In this document: positions 10,521-20,561 of the stretch, one piece after another
How positions within the stretch are numbered: the first letter of the stretch is position 1
How the letters are laid out: each line of letters begins with the position of its first letter
Translations under genes and position numbers: made by a program
The notes under the pieces: model-generated
The model's input: the letters and a program-made list of their open reading frames with translations, nothing else
What the model was told of the DNA's origin: nothing
Databases searched by the model: none
Origin: Collinsella sp.
Lineage (GTDB): Bacteria > Actinomycetota > Coriobacteriia > Coriobacteriales > Coriobacteriaceae
Length of the DNA: 64,000 nt
Reading direction: 5' to 3'
Assembly (NCBI GenBank): GCA_048318985.1
Contig: DBFEBE010000082.1
Location: 3,330 to 67,329 of the forward strand

Positions 10521-10604
10521 AGCTCAGGCGCCCCGCCGCCTCGAAGCGGGTTCGGCCCGATCCCGTTTCTCAGAAGTGGGTCATACAATAGGAAATAAAT
10601 CATA

Positions 10605-10826
10605 ACCCCCTACGATTTTGGACAAATATGCCAGATTGTGACGGCGGATTGAACAGAGCTCCTCATATTCGACTTCTGTAAAGCGGGATAAAGCATCATC
10701 TGTACGCTAACTAGGCTCATCGGCGGCGCCGGAACCCCAATCCAGAGTATGCCATCGACTCCCCATTAAATAACAACCCTCTGTCATCGTCATTATCTGG
10801 CATATTTGCCCAGAAAATCAGGGGGT
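10605..10826. repeat. 222-bp non-coding element bounded by about 39-bp imperfect inverted repeats (MITE-like)
   Basis: Arm 10605-10643 versus reverse complement of 10788-10826; core GGACAAATATGCCAGAT / ATCTGGCATATTTGCCC matches 16/17. Confidence 0.75.
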
Positions 10827-11180
10827 CACGTAAAAAATCACAAAATACAACCCCCCGCCTTACCGGTATGGGATCTTGGGGCATGGTATCGTCTGCTCGG
10901 TCTCGCCGTGCGGCCTCACTATAAGCGCCATCGTGCTCGGATCATGTCTTAACGGCCCAGGCTGATGGGTTCGGATGGCGGAGGACGTAGAGTCGGATCT
11001 TGGCCCGAGCGAATGATAAAACGTATTTCTCTTTGCTTGGGACAAACAGGTTTTCCGCTTGTCGCATATGGCGCGCCGTCCACCAATTTGAGTGTATCGG
11101 TGGCATTTGAAGCGGGTTTACTGAAGGTAACGGTTTTTACCCACCGCGCCGCGAGGCGCTCGACGTTCGAGGAGGCCATC

Positions 11181-11492
11181 ATGGGATTGAAGGCTGACGA
11201 AACGATACAGCTCACTCCCGAGGAGCTGCTCGGTTACCTGCGTTCCAAGACGCGCGTGTTCATGGACATCAATGAGGACCAGTATTACATCACCCATACC
11301 GATGGCTACTGGCGCGTGCAGGATTGCTCGCAGCTGAACGAGAAGGGCCGCTTCTCGGATTGCTCCGAACTCGTCCCGACCCTCTCCGAGCTGTTCGAGC
11401 TCCCGTGGCGCGATGGCAAGAGCGTCCACGACCTCTGCACGGAGGCGACGTTCTTCGAGTCCGTCCAGGAAGGCTGGGAGAAGCCCGAATAA
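11181..11492 (+). CDS. Hypothetical acidic protein (103 aa)
   Basis: Strong GAGGAGG RBS and host-like codon usage; no family recognised. Confidence 0.75.
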   Translation: MGLKADETIQLTPEELLGYLRSKTRVFMDINEDQYYITHTDGYWRVQDCSQLNEKGRFSDCSELVPTLSELFELPWRDGKSVHDLCTEATFFESVQEGWEKPE

Positions 11493-11585
11493 CGGCTGAT
11501 ACCCCGCCACATCCCTTTCCCGCAGCGCACCCGCCGGCATTTGCAGAGTAACCGGCGGGTGCGCTGTGTTTCAGCCGTGTGGCTG

Positions 11586-11638
11586 TTGACGGTAATCCGA
11601 ACTCGGACTACATTTTATAGTCCGAGTTCGGATTACCG
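11586..11638 (+). promoter_or_regulatory. Sigma70 promoter (TTGACG-17-TACATT) overlapped by a perfect 21-bp inverted repeat (probable MarR operators)
   Basis: CGGTAATCCGAACTCGGACTA-N7-TAGTCCGAGTTCGGATTACCG directly upstream of the MarR gene. Confidence 0.8.
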
Positions 11639-11652
11639 GGAGGGGTGGGACA

Positions 11653-12129
11653 ATGTCGGTCAACGCGATGGAATTCGACTACCTCTACAACGTCGTGGAC
11701 AGGCTCTACAGCCGACTCGCGCGACGAAGCGGGCTTTCCAGCTGCGCCTACTGGATGATGTACGCGCTGGTGCGCGCTGGAGGCGCGGAATCGCTTCGAA
11801 CGCTGGCTGCGTCGTGGGCGTTCAGCAAGCAAACGATCAATTCGGCGCTCAAGGCCCTGGAGGCACGTGAGCTGATCACCCTCGAGTTCGAGGAGGGGAG
11901 CCGCAAGAACAAGCGGGCCGTGCTGACGCCGGCGGGCCATGCGTTCGCGGCGGCGGATATCGTTCCGGCGATGGAGGCTGAAGGGCGCGCGTTCGGTACG
12001 CTCGCGGAGCGCGAGCGGAAGCAGCTTCTGGGCCTGATCGGCCGGTACACGGCGGCGCTCGAGGCGGAGCTCGACGCGATGTCGGCTCAGGATAGGGAAG
12101 GCGAAACGGGAAACGGGGGTGCGGCATGA
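11653..12129 (+). CDS. MarR-family transcriptional regulator
   Basis: SKQTINSALKALE...RKNKRAVLTPAG winged-helix motif; overlaps the ABC gene start (ATGA). Confidence 0.88.
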   Translation: MSVNAMEFDYLYNVVDRLYSRLARRSGLSSCAYWMMYALVRAGGAESLRTLAASWAFSKQTINSALKALEARELITLEFEEGSRKNKRAVLTPAGHAFAAADIVPAMEAEGRAFGTLAERERKQLLGLIGRYTAALEAELDAMSAQDREGETGNGGAA

Positions 12130-13856
12130 GGTTGCTGCTGAGGTTCATGAAACCGTATCGGGCGCTCACGGCGGTGACGCTTCTGGTCCTGCTGGTGGAC
12201 AACGTCGGTACGCTGCTGGTGCCGACGATGCTCGCGGACATGATCAACACGGGTATCGGCACGGGAGATTTCGACTACATCGTGAGCGGGGGATTCGCCA
12301 TGCTCGGGGCGTCGCTGCTCGCGAGCGGCGGCGCCATGACGGGCGCCTACCTGGCCGCGAAGCTCGCTGCGAACGTCGCGCGCGATATCCGCAACGCGGT
12401 CTACGACGCATCGCTGGCATTTTCCAGCGGCGACTTCGAGGAGTTCGGCACGGGCTCGATGATCACGCGCACGCTGAACGACACGAACGTGATCCAGCAG
12501 TCGATCATCGCGACCATCCAGCTCGTGCTGCCCGTGCCGTTCTTGGCGGTGGCGGGCATCATCATGGCCTGCATGATCGACTACCAGATGGGTATCCTGC
12601 TCGCGTTCGTCGTGGCGATCGTGCTCGCCATCGCCGTGGTCACGGTGACGAAGGCCGCCCCGATCTTCATGAGCCTGCAGAAGCTCATCGACCGGATGAA
12701 CGTCGTGCTGCGCGAGAGCATCGTGGGCGCTCGCGTGATCCGCGCCTTCAACAAGGAGCGCCACTCCGAGCGGCGCCTCGACGAGGTCTTCACCGACTAC
12801 GCCGACCGGGCCATCAAGGTGAACCTCCTGTTCGCCGGTCTGGACTGCTCGGCGTTCTTCTTCATGAACATCGCCGAGGTGGCGGTGCTCTGGGTGGGCG
12901 GCAACCGCGTCGGCGCGCACGCCATGCAGATCGCGAGCATCTCGGCCGTGCTCGAGTACGCGATGCTCATCCTCTTCTTCGTGATGATGGCGCAGATCGT
13001 CGCCCTCACGCTGCCGCGCGCCAAGGCGTGCCTGGATCGCGCCGCCGAGGTCATCGATCGCGTGCCCGAGATCGTCGACGGCGACGCGCCCTCCGTAGCG
13101 GCCGCGGCCGCCGACGGGGAGGACGACGTGGCGGTGTTCGACCATGCGTCGTTCCGCTTCGCCGACGCCGACGAGGACACCCTGCACGACCTGACCTTCA
13201 CGTGCAGGCGCGGCCAGACGACCGCGATCATCGGGCCGACCGGCTCGGGCAAGTCGACGATCGCGAAGATGCTTCTGCGCCTGCACGACGTGACGGACGG
13301 CGCGGTGCGCTTCGCAGGCCGGGACGTCCGCTCGATGTCCCAGCGCGACCTGCGCTCCCGCATCGCGTACGTGCCGCAGAAGGCATGGCTCTTCTCCGGC
13401 ACGGTGGCGAGTAACCTGCGCTACGGGGACGAGGGCGCCGACGAGGACCGCATGCGCCATGCGCTCGAGGTCGCGCAGAGCGAGTTCGTCTTCGGGCTCG
13501 AGGGCGGTCTCGATGCCCCGGTCGCCCAGGGCGGCACCAACTTCTCCGGTGGTCAGCGCCAGCGCCTGTCGATCGCGCGCGCCCTCATGAAGCCCGCGGA
13601 GCTCTTCGTGTTCGACGACAGCTTCTCGGCGCTCGATTTCAAGACGGATGCCGCCTTGCGCCGTGCGCTCGTTCCCGAGACGCGCGATGCCGCGGTGCTC
13701 ATCATCGCCCAGCGCATCAGCACGATCTTGAACGCCGACCAGATCGTGGTGCTGAAGGACGGCCGGATCGAAGGGAAGGGCACCCACGAGGAGCTCATGG
13801 AGAGCTGCGAGGTCTACCGCGCCATCGCGGAGTCGCAGATGAAGGGAGGCGAGTAG
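12126..13856 (+). CDS. Multidrug-type ABC exporter, TMD-NBD subunit 1 (degenerate site)
   Basis: N-terminal TMD; GPTGSGKST, FSGGQRQR, non-canonical FDDSFSALD and IAQR. Confidence 0.92.
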   Translation: MRLLLRFMKPYRALTAVTLLVLLVDNVGTLLVPTMLADMINTGIGTGDFDYIVSGGFAMLGASLLASGGAMTGAYLAAKLAANVARDIRNAVYDASLAFSSGDFEEFGTGSMITRTLNDTNVIQQSIIATIQLVLPVPFLAVAGIIMACMIDYQMGILLAFVVAIVLAIAVVTVTKAAPIFMSLQKLIDRMNVVLRESIVGARVIRAFNKERHSERRLDEVFTDYADRAIKVNLLFAGLDCSAFFFMNIAEVAVLWVGGNRVGAHAMQIASISAVLEYAMLILFFVMMAQIVALTLPRAKACLDRAAEVIDRVPEIVDGDAPSVAAAAADGEDDVAVFDHASFRFADADEDTLHDLTFTCRRGQTTAIIGPTGSGKSTIAKMLLRLHDVTDGAVRFAGRDVRSMSQRDLRSRIAYVPQKAWLFSGTVASNLRYGDEGADEDRMRHALEVAQSEFVFGLEGGLDAPVAQGGTNFSGGQRQRLSIARALMKPAELFVFDDSFSALDFKTDAALRRALVPETRDAAVLIIAQRISTILNADQIVVLKDGRIEGKGTHEELMESCEVYRAIAESQMKGGE

Positions 13857-13857
13857 C

Positions 13858-15765
13858 ATGGCGGAGCAGGTCGAGAGGACCGCAGGTGTGTCCGAGGCCC
13901 AGGCCGAGGAGGAGCGCATCGTGCAGCAGGCGGTGCAGACGGGGGGCGCTGCCGGAGCGGGTGCGCCGGGCGCCGAGGAGGCCGAGGTGCCGCGCGACAT
14001 CCGGCGCACCGTCGCGCGCCTGTGGAGCGAGGCGCGCGACCAGCACTGGAGATTCGTGCTCGTCATCGTCTCCATCGTGTTCTACACCGCGTTCTCCGTC
14101 GCGGCGCCGGCGTTCTCGGCGCATGTCATCGACGTGCTGTGGGCAAGCATCCAGCGTGCGTTCGCCCAGGGCGAGCCGTTCGTCGTCGGATGGGAGACCG
14201 GCGGTCGCGCCATCGCCGTCTACCTGTGCGTATGGATGCTCGCGGCGGCGTTCTACACGCTGCAGTGCTTCACGATGGCCGGTTTCGCCGAGCGCCTCAA
14301 CCTGTCTTTGCGCAACAAGCTCGCGGAGAAGATGAACCGCCTGCCGCTCGCCTTCTTCGACGCGCACCGCCCGGGTGAGGTCGTGAGCCGCGCCACCAAC
14401 GACCTCGACAAGATGTCGGAGGTCCTGCAGACCGGCCTGTTGCGCCTGCTCATGGCGGTCGGCGGCGTGACCGGCGCCGTCGTGATGATGTACGTGTACA
14501 GCCCGCTGCTCGCCACCGTGTTCATCGGCTTCTCCGTGCTCTCGGTGCTGGTGACCAAGCTCACCGCGAAGCGCAACCTCGAGCTCGCCGCCGAGCGCCA
14601 GAAGTGGGTGGGCCACCTGACGGGCGCCGTCGAGGAGGCCTACAGCGGACGCATCATCATCCGCTCCTTCAATCGCGAGCGGGAGAGCTCGGCCGAGATC
14701 CACGACCTCGCCCAGAAGCTCGCCGACGCGAGCCGCCGTGCGGACTTCCTCACCAACGCGACCGGCCCCGCGATTCGCTTCATCGGGCGCCTCGCGCAGG
14801 TCGTCATCGCGGTGATCGGCTGCGGCATGCTTATCGCCGGGCAGCTGACCGTCGGCATCTTCCAGGCGTTCTTCCAGTACATCAACCAGGCGTCCGAGCC
14901 GCTCACGCAGATGTCGATGACCATCAACACGCTGCAGAGCGCGCTGGCCTCGGTCGAGCGCGTGTTCGACATCCTGGATGAGCCCGAGATCGATCCCGAG
15001 CCCGAGCCCGGCGTCGCCGCTCACGTGAGCCGTCCCGTGAAGGGCCGTGTCGCGTTTCAGCACGTTCGCTTCGGCTACGCCCCGGACAAACCGCTCATGC
15101 GCGACGTGTCGTTCACGGCCGAGCCTGGCCAGAAGATCGCCATCGTGGGCGCCACCGGTGCGGGCAAGACGACCCTCATCAATCTGCTCATGCGCTTCTA
15201 CGAGGTCGACGGCGGCCACATCACGCTCGACGGCGTGGACACCCGCAAGATGGACCGCGGCGAGCTGCGCAGCAATTTCGGCATGGTCCTGCAGGATGCA
15301 TGGCTCTTCGACGGCACCATCGCCGAGAACATCGCCTACGGCAAGCCCGACGCGACGCGCGAGGAGATCGAGTGCGCCGCGCGCGCGGCGCATGTGGACT
15401 TCTTCGTCCGCACGATGCCGCAGGGCTACGAGACGCACGTCGCCAACGACTCGGAGAACATCTCCCAGGGTCAGCGCCAGCTGCTCACCATCGCGCGCGC
15501 GATGCTCTGCGATCCTAAGATCCTCATCCTGGACGAGGCGACCTCGAGCGTGGACACGCGCACCGAGCACGCCATCGTGCATGCGATGGAGGCGCTCATG
15601 CACGGGCGCACGAGCTTCGTGATCGCGCACCGCCTGTCCACCATCGTGGACGCCGACCTCATCCTGGTGATGGAGGCGGGCACGATCATCGAGCAGGGAA
15701 CGCACGAGGAGCTGCTCGCGGCCGACGGGGCGTACGCGAGCCTGTACCGAAGCCAGTTCGCCTAG
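13858..15765 (+). CDS. Multidrug-type ABC exporter, TMD-NBD subunit 2
   Basis: GATGAGKTT, ISQGQRQ, LDEATSSVD and IAHRLST; heterodimer partner of the upstream gene. Confidence 0.92.
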   Translation: MAEQVERTAGVSEAQAEEERIVQQAVQTGGAAGAGAPGAEEAEVPRDIRRTVARLWSEARDQHWRFVLVIVSIVFYTAFSVAAPAFSAHVIDVLWASIQRAFAQGEPFVVGWETGGRAIAVYLCVWMLAAAFYTLQCFTMAGFAERLNLSLRNKLAEKMNRLPLAFFDAHRPGEVVSRATNDLDKMSEVLQTGLLRLLMAVGGVTGAVVMMYVYSPLLATVFIGFSVLSVLVTKLTAKRNLELAAERQKWVGHLTGAVEEAYSGRIIIRSFNRERESSAEIHDLAQKLADASRRADFLTNATGPAIRFIGRLAQVVIAVIGCGMLIAGQLTVGIFQAFFQYINQASEPLTQMSMTINTLQSALASVERVFDILDEPEIDPEPEPGVAAHVSRPVKGRVAFQHVRFGYAPDKPLMRDVSFTAEPGQKIAIVGATGAGKTTLINLLMRFYEVDGGHITLDGVDTRKMDRGELRSNFGMVLQDAWLFDGTIAENIAYGKPDATREEIECAARAAHVDFFVRTMPQGYETHVANDSENISQGQRQLLTIARAMLCDPKILILDEATSSVDTRTEHAIVHAMEALMHGRTSFVIAHRLSTIVDADLILVMEAGTIIEQGTHEELLAADGAYASLYRSQFA

Positions 15766-15790
15766 CGCGCGAAGGCGAAGATGCAGCCGG

Positions 15791-15829
15791 CGGGGCGGCG
15801 GGGGCGATGCGTCCCCGCCGCCCCGTTTT
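15791..15829 (+). terminator. Intrinsic terminator after the ABC exporter
   Basis: CGGGGCGGCGGGG...CCCCGCCGCCCCG stem followed by TTTT. Confidence 0.7.
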
Positions 15830-15905
15830 CCTTGCTCCGCGTACGGAGGATCCGGGCTCGCGGGCGGCCTTGGGCGACCGTTCGGGCGTCGTGCCATCGA
15901 TGAAT

Positions 15906-15944
15906 GGTAAAGCAATTTACCCCTTTGCAAGGCGGCGGTATCAT
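15906..15944 (+). promoter_or_regulatory. Promoter (TTTACC-17-TATCAT) with overlapping palindrome GGTAAAGCAATTTACC
   Basis: 16-bp palindrome overlaps the -35 of the LacI gene; suggests autoregulation. Confidence 0.55.
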
Positions 15945-15996
15945 ATCGACAGGGGAGCGCGCACGGGCGCTCCGTGGCTCTATGAGGTGTATTCGC

Positions 15997-17016
15997 GTGG
16001 CTAACAAGGTGACGCTCAAGCAGATCGCGCAGGAGGTCGGGCTCTCCCCGGCATCCGTCTCGCTCGTCCTCAACAACCGCCCCTGCCGCATCTCGGAGGA
16101 GAATCGCAGGCGCATCAAGGAGGTCGCGAAGCGCGAGCACTACATTCCCAACCAGATCGCCCGCAGCCTGGTTACGCGGCAGTCCAAGACGTTCGGTCTC
16201 ATCGTCCCCAACATCGAGAGCCGCTTCTTCTCGTCGCTCGCCAAGAATCTCGAGCAGCGCTGCCGTGCCCAGGGCTACGCCCTGTTCATCACCAACTCGG
16301 ACGGGTCTCCCGAAAACGACTTGGACCTGGTCAACCTGCTGGTGACGCGCGGCGTCGACGGCCTGTTCCTGGTCGTCGAGGACGACGACTCTGATAACGG
16401 CGCCCTCGCCGACGAGCTTCTGCGCCTCCCGACCCCGTACGTCATGGTGGACCGCGTCGTCGACGAGCTGGATTGTAACAAGGTGCTGTTCGACCACGAG
16501 CAGGGCGGCTACATGGCGACGCGCTACCTGCTCGATCAGGGCCACCGGCGCATCGCGTGCATCGTGAACGCCGCGAAATCGGTTACGGGCCGCAAGCGCC
16601 TGGCTGGATATCGCCGTGCACTCGATGAGGCGGGGGTCGCGCTCGATCCGGCGCTCGTGCTCGAGAGCGAGTACTACATCGCGAGTGCCTATGCAGCGGC
16701 CGAAGGCGTGCTGGCAAGTGACGCCACCGCCGTCTTCGCGAGCTCTGACAACATCGCCCTCGGTCTGCTCAAGCGCCTGCACGAGGCGGGGCTGCGCATC
16801 CCCGTGGACTACTCCGTGGTGAGCTACGACAACAGCGCCGCGGACGCGCTGTTCGAGAGCGCGCTGACATCGGTCGACCAGAACGTCGCCGAGCTCGCCG
16901 AGCACGCCATCGGCCTCATGATGCGCCAGCTGGCCGACCCCGCAGCCGCCCCGATCGAGATCCTGCTCACTCCGCACCTCGAGGTGCAGGGGAGCGTCGC
17001 GCTGCACCGGGAATAG
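15997..17016 (+). CDS. LacI-family transcriptional regulator
   Basis: GTG start with GAGGTG RBS; VTLKQIAQEVGLSPASVSLVLN HTH, YIPNQIARSL hinge, SVVSYDN. Confidence 0.93.
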   Translation: MANKVTLKQIAQEVGLSPASVSLVLNNRPCRISEENRRRIKEVAKREHYIPNQIARSLVTRQSKTFGLIVPNIESRFFSSLAKNLEQRCRAQGYALFITNSDGSPENDLDLVNLLVTRGVDGLFLVVEDDDSDNGALADELLRLPTPYVMVDRVVDELDCNKVLFDHEQGGYMATRYLLDQGHRRIACIVNAAKSVTGRKRLAGYRRALDEAGVALDPALVLESEYYIASAYAAAEGVLASDATAVFASSDNIALGLLKRLHEAGLRIPVDYSVVSYDNSAADALFESALTSVDQNVAELAEHAIGLMMRQLADPAAAPIEILLTPHLEVQGSVALHRE

Positions 17017-17276
17017 CCTCGGGCACAGGCGGGCGCCTGCTCGCGCGAGGAGGGCGGCCGGCCCCGCGGTCCGGGCGATAGGGGCGCCCGGACCGCGGGG
17101 CCTTCTTATGAAGAGGCGTCGCGACGCGCCGCGTGCGGGCGGAGGCTCGGGAGGCAGGGGACCGGCCGCGGCGGTGCGCCGCATCCGGGTTCGCGCCGCG
17201 CGCCGTCGGGGCGCCGCGATGCGCCCTGGCGGTCGTCTGGAGAAACCATGACGCAAGCGGGCAGAAATACGCGAAA

Positions 17277-17322
17277 GATAAAACGTTTTTTCATAGAGGT
17301 AAAACGTTTTAGCACTTATACT
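17277..17322 (+). promoter_or_regulatory. Tandem AAAACGTTTT operators (21-bp period) and TATACT -10 upstream of xfp
   Basis: GATAAAACGTTTTTTC (17277-17292), GGTAAAACGTTTTAGC (17298-17313), TATACT at 17317-17322. Confidence 0.7.
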
Positions 17323-17451
17323 GCAGATAAGCGCACGGAACCATGTCCCGCGCGCCGCGCATCGGCATCCACGCGCGGTGCGAAAGGCGAGAGAGACCGC
17401 CCCGCGCGTTGCGTCCATATCGCCGGAAACCGGCGTCGAGAAGGAGGAACC

Positions 17452-19959
17452 ATGACCCAGCCCGTCCTCGGAACACCGTGGAAGAAGCTCGACGGCCCCG
17501 TGCCCGTCGAGGAGCTCGAGGGCGTCGAGCGCTACTGGCGCTGCGCCAACTACCTGTCCGTCGGCCAGATCTACCTGCGCTCCAACCCGCTCATGCGCAA
17601 GGACTGGACGGATGAGAAGACCGGCGAGACCCGCGACTTCGGCCGCCCCGACGTCAAGCACCGCCTGGTCGGCCACTGGGGCACCACCCCGGGCATCAAC
17701 TTCCTGTTCGGCCACGTCAACCGCTTCATCGCCGACCATCAGCAGAACGCCATCTTCCTGATGGGCCCCGGCCACGGCGGCCCGGCCGGCACCGCTCAGT
17801 CCCTGCTGGACGGCACCTACCGCGACATCCGCCCCGACATCACCGATGACGAGGCCGGTCTCCAGAAGTTCTTCCGCCAGTTCTCCTATCCCGGCGGCAT
17901 CCCCAGCCACTTCGCCCCGGAGACCCCGGGCTCCATCCACGAGGGCGGCGAGCTGGGCTACACCCTGTCCCACGCCTTCGGCGCCGTGATGGACAACCCG
18001 AGCCTGCTCGCGGTCGCCGTGGTGGGCGACGGCGAGGCCGAGACGGCCGCGCTGGCCACCTCCTGGCAGTCCAACAAGCTCGTCAACCCCAAGTCCGACG
18101 GCATCGTGCTGCCCATCCTGCACCTCAACGGCTACAAGATCGCCAACCCGACCCTGCTCTCCCGCATCTCCGACGAGGAGCTCACCAAGTTCTTCGAGGG
18201 CATGGGCTACAAGCCGTACTTCTTCGTCGCCGGCTTCGACAACGAGCCCCACTCCTCGATCCATCGCCGCTTCGCGAACCTCTTCGAGGAGGTCTTCAAC
18301 GAGATCTGCGACATCAAGGCCAACGCCGAGGCGGGCGACGAGACCCGTCCGGTCTACCCGATGATCGTCTTCCGCACCCCCAAGGGCTGGACGTGCCCCA
18401 AGCACATCGACGGCAAGAAGACCGAGGGCTCCTGGCGTGCGCACCAGGTGCCGCTGGCGAGCGCCAAGGACACCCACGAGCACTTCCGCGTGCTGCGCGG
18501 CTGGCTGCGCTCCTATCATCCCGAGGAGCTCTTCACCCCGGAGGGCCAGATCCGTCCCGAGGTCACCGCGTTCATGCCCACCGGCGACCTGCGCATCGGC
18601 GCCAACCCCAACGCTAACGGCGGCAAGGTCCGCCGCGAGCTCACGCTGCCGGACATCCATGCGCACGAGGTCCCCGTGGCCGAGAAGGGCCATGGCTGGG
18701 GCGCCACCGAGGCCGCGCGCGTCTTCGGCGCCTACACCGCCGACGTGGTGGCCGCCAACGACGACTTCCGCATCTTCGGTCCGGACGAGACCGCGTCCAA
18801 CCGCCTGCAGGACGCCTACAAGTGCACCAAGAAGCAGTGGACCGCGGGCTACTACGCCGACGCGGACAACGATGACCTGCTGGCGCCCGCCGGCAAGGTT
18901 GTCGAGCAGCTCTCCGAGCATCAGTGCGAGGGCTTCCTCGAGGCCTATACCCTGACCGGCCGCCACGGCGTGTGGAGCACCTACGAGAGCTTCGTCCATG
19001 TGGTCGACTCCATGGTCAACCAGCACTGCAAGTGGCTCGAGGCCTGCCGCCGCGAGATCCCCTGGCGCGCCCCGATCGCCGGCCTCAACATCCTGCTGAC
19101 GAGCCACGTGTGGCGTCAGGACCACAACGGCTTCTCCCACCAGGATCCCGGTTTCATCGACCTGCTGCTCAACAAGGCCAACGACACCCATGTGGTGAAC
19201 GCCTACTATCCGTGCGACGCCAACATGGCGCTCGCCGTGGCCGAGCGCGCCTACACCTCCACCGACTGCGTCAACGCGATCTTCTGCGGCAAGCAGCCCG
19301 CCCCGACGTTCATCACGGTGGACGACGCCCGCGCCGAGCTGGCCGAGGGCCTTGCCGCCTGGGAGTGGGCGAGCACCGCTGCCAGCCTCGAGGAGGCCGA
19401 CATCGTGATCGCCACCTGCGGCGACGTTCCGACCCTCGAGGCGCTCGCCGCCGTCGACCTGCTCCGCGAGCAGGGCGTCAAGGTCTGGTTCGTCAACGTC
19501 GTCGACCTGCTGAAGATCCAGAACGTTTGCGAGAACGACCTCGCCATCAGCGATGAGCGCTTCGCCGAGTTCTTCGGTGCCGGCGAGAAGCCCGTCCTGT
19601 TCTGCTTCCACGCGTACGCGGGCACCATCCGCCGACTCGTGTGGAACCGCCCGGGCCACGACGCCTGGCACGTCCACGGCTACGAGGAGAAGGGCTCCAC
19701 GACCACGCCGTTCGACATGCTGCGCCTCAACAACATGGACCGCTGGGCGCTTGCCGCCGACGCCCTGCGCCTGGTCGACGCCGACGCGCACGCTGCCAAG
19801 GTGGACGAGTGGGAGGCGTTCCGCGAGGAGGCGTTCCACTTCGCGGTCGACGAGGGTTACGACCACCCGGCGTTCACCGAGTGGGTCTGGCCCGACGCCG
19901 CCGCCTCGATGGACGGCGAGCTCTCCGCGACCCAGATGACCGCCGGCGACAACGAGTAG
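17452..19959 (+). CDS. xfp: Xylulose-5-phosphate/fructose-6-phosphate phosphoketolase
   Basis: [22 protein letters not shown] motif GDGEAET...[39 protein letters not shown]. Confidence 0.97.
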   Translation: MTQPVLGTPWKKLDGPVPVEELEGVERYWRCANYLSVGQIYLRSNPLMRKDWTDEKTGETRDFGRPDVKHRLVGHWGTTPGINFLFGHVNRFIADHQQNAIFLMGPGHGGPAGTAQSLLDGTYRDIRPDITDDEAGLQKFFRQFSYPGGIPSHFAPETPGSIHEGGELGYTLSHAFGAVMDNPSLLAVAVVGDGEAETAALATSWQSNKLVNPKSDGIVLPILHLNGYKIANPTLLSRISDEELTKFFEGMGYKPYFFVAGFDNEPHSSIHRRFANLFEEVFNEICDIKANAEAGDETRPVYPMIVFRTPKGWTCPKHIDGKKTEGSWRAHQVPLASAKDTHEHFRVLRGWLRSYHPEELFTPEGQIRPEVTAFMPTGDLRIGANPNANGGKVRRELTLPDIHAHEVPVAEKGHGWGATEAARVFGAYTADVVAANDDFRIFGPDETASNRLQDAYKCTKKQWTAGYYADADNDDLLAPAGKVVEQLSEHQCEGFLEAYTLTGRHGVWSTYESFVHVVDSMVNQHCKWLEACRREIPWRAPIAGLNILLTSHVWRQDHNGFSHQDPGFIDLLLNKANDTHVVNAYYPCDANMALAVAERAYTSTDCVNAIFCGKQPAPTFITVDDARAELAEGLAAWEWASTAASLEEADIVIATCGDVPTLEALAAVDLLREQGVKVWFVNVVDLLKIQNVCENDLAISDERFAEFFGAGEKPVLFCFHAYAGTIRRLVWNRPGHDAWHVHGYEEKGSTTTPFDMLRLNNMDRWALAADALRLVDADAHAAKVDEWEAFREEAFHFAVDEGYDHPAFTEWVWPDAAASMDGELSATQMTAGDNE

Positions 19960-19998
19960 CCGGGCGTCTCGGTTCGCTTAGCGCATAGAGACCCGTCG

Positions 19999-20034
19999 AC
20001 GGGCCCGCAGGTTTTCGCCTGCGGGCCCGTTGTT
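19999..20034 (+). terminator. Terminator hairpin after xfp
   Basis: ACGGGCCCGCAGG-TTTTCG-CCTGCGGGCCCGT followed by TGTT. Confidence 0.65.
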
Positions 20035-20561
20035 GTCCAGCGGGACCCTGCGATTCGGGGCATGCGCTATGTCCTCGCGCCAGAATCGCGCCCCCGCATG
20101 ACTGCACCTGCCGTGCCAGGCGGGCGGAGACTTTTGCGACCATAGGATATCGATGTCCTCTCTTCTTTCGTATTGATGTCTCTGGTATGCATAATCAAAT
20201 ACCAATTGGCATTATGGGATTAGATGAATACCATCTGACTGGTATGCAATCATTAATACATCTACGTGCTAAAACTCAGACACATTAATCGTCTGGCGCA
20301 AAATGCATGCCGTTGAGCGATTGACATGCCGTCAGTAAGAATGAATAAATACTAAGAAATCATGCATATACTCATAAGAAAGATGGGAGATTGGTCGAAC
20401 GTTTTCCCATCGATGTAGAAGGAATTCTGCATCAATGTCGGCCCTTGTTCCTTTCTAGCGACCCCCGTCGCATCCGTATCACGGCATCGAAGCTCCGATA
20501 CCGTATCCGGGATGCATGCACGATGGCCCGGACTGTGTCGGGCCGAAGGGAAGGAGGCTGC

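Noticed and set aside
13795..19866. 2023-aa minus-strand ORF and other very long antisense ORFs (e.g. 3288-6164, 20625-25202, 25580-30973, 31465-33918)
   Set aside because: Shadow frames of high-GC3 genes on the opposite strand; no recognisable motifs, and the other strand encodes clear families.
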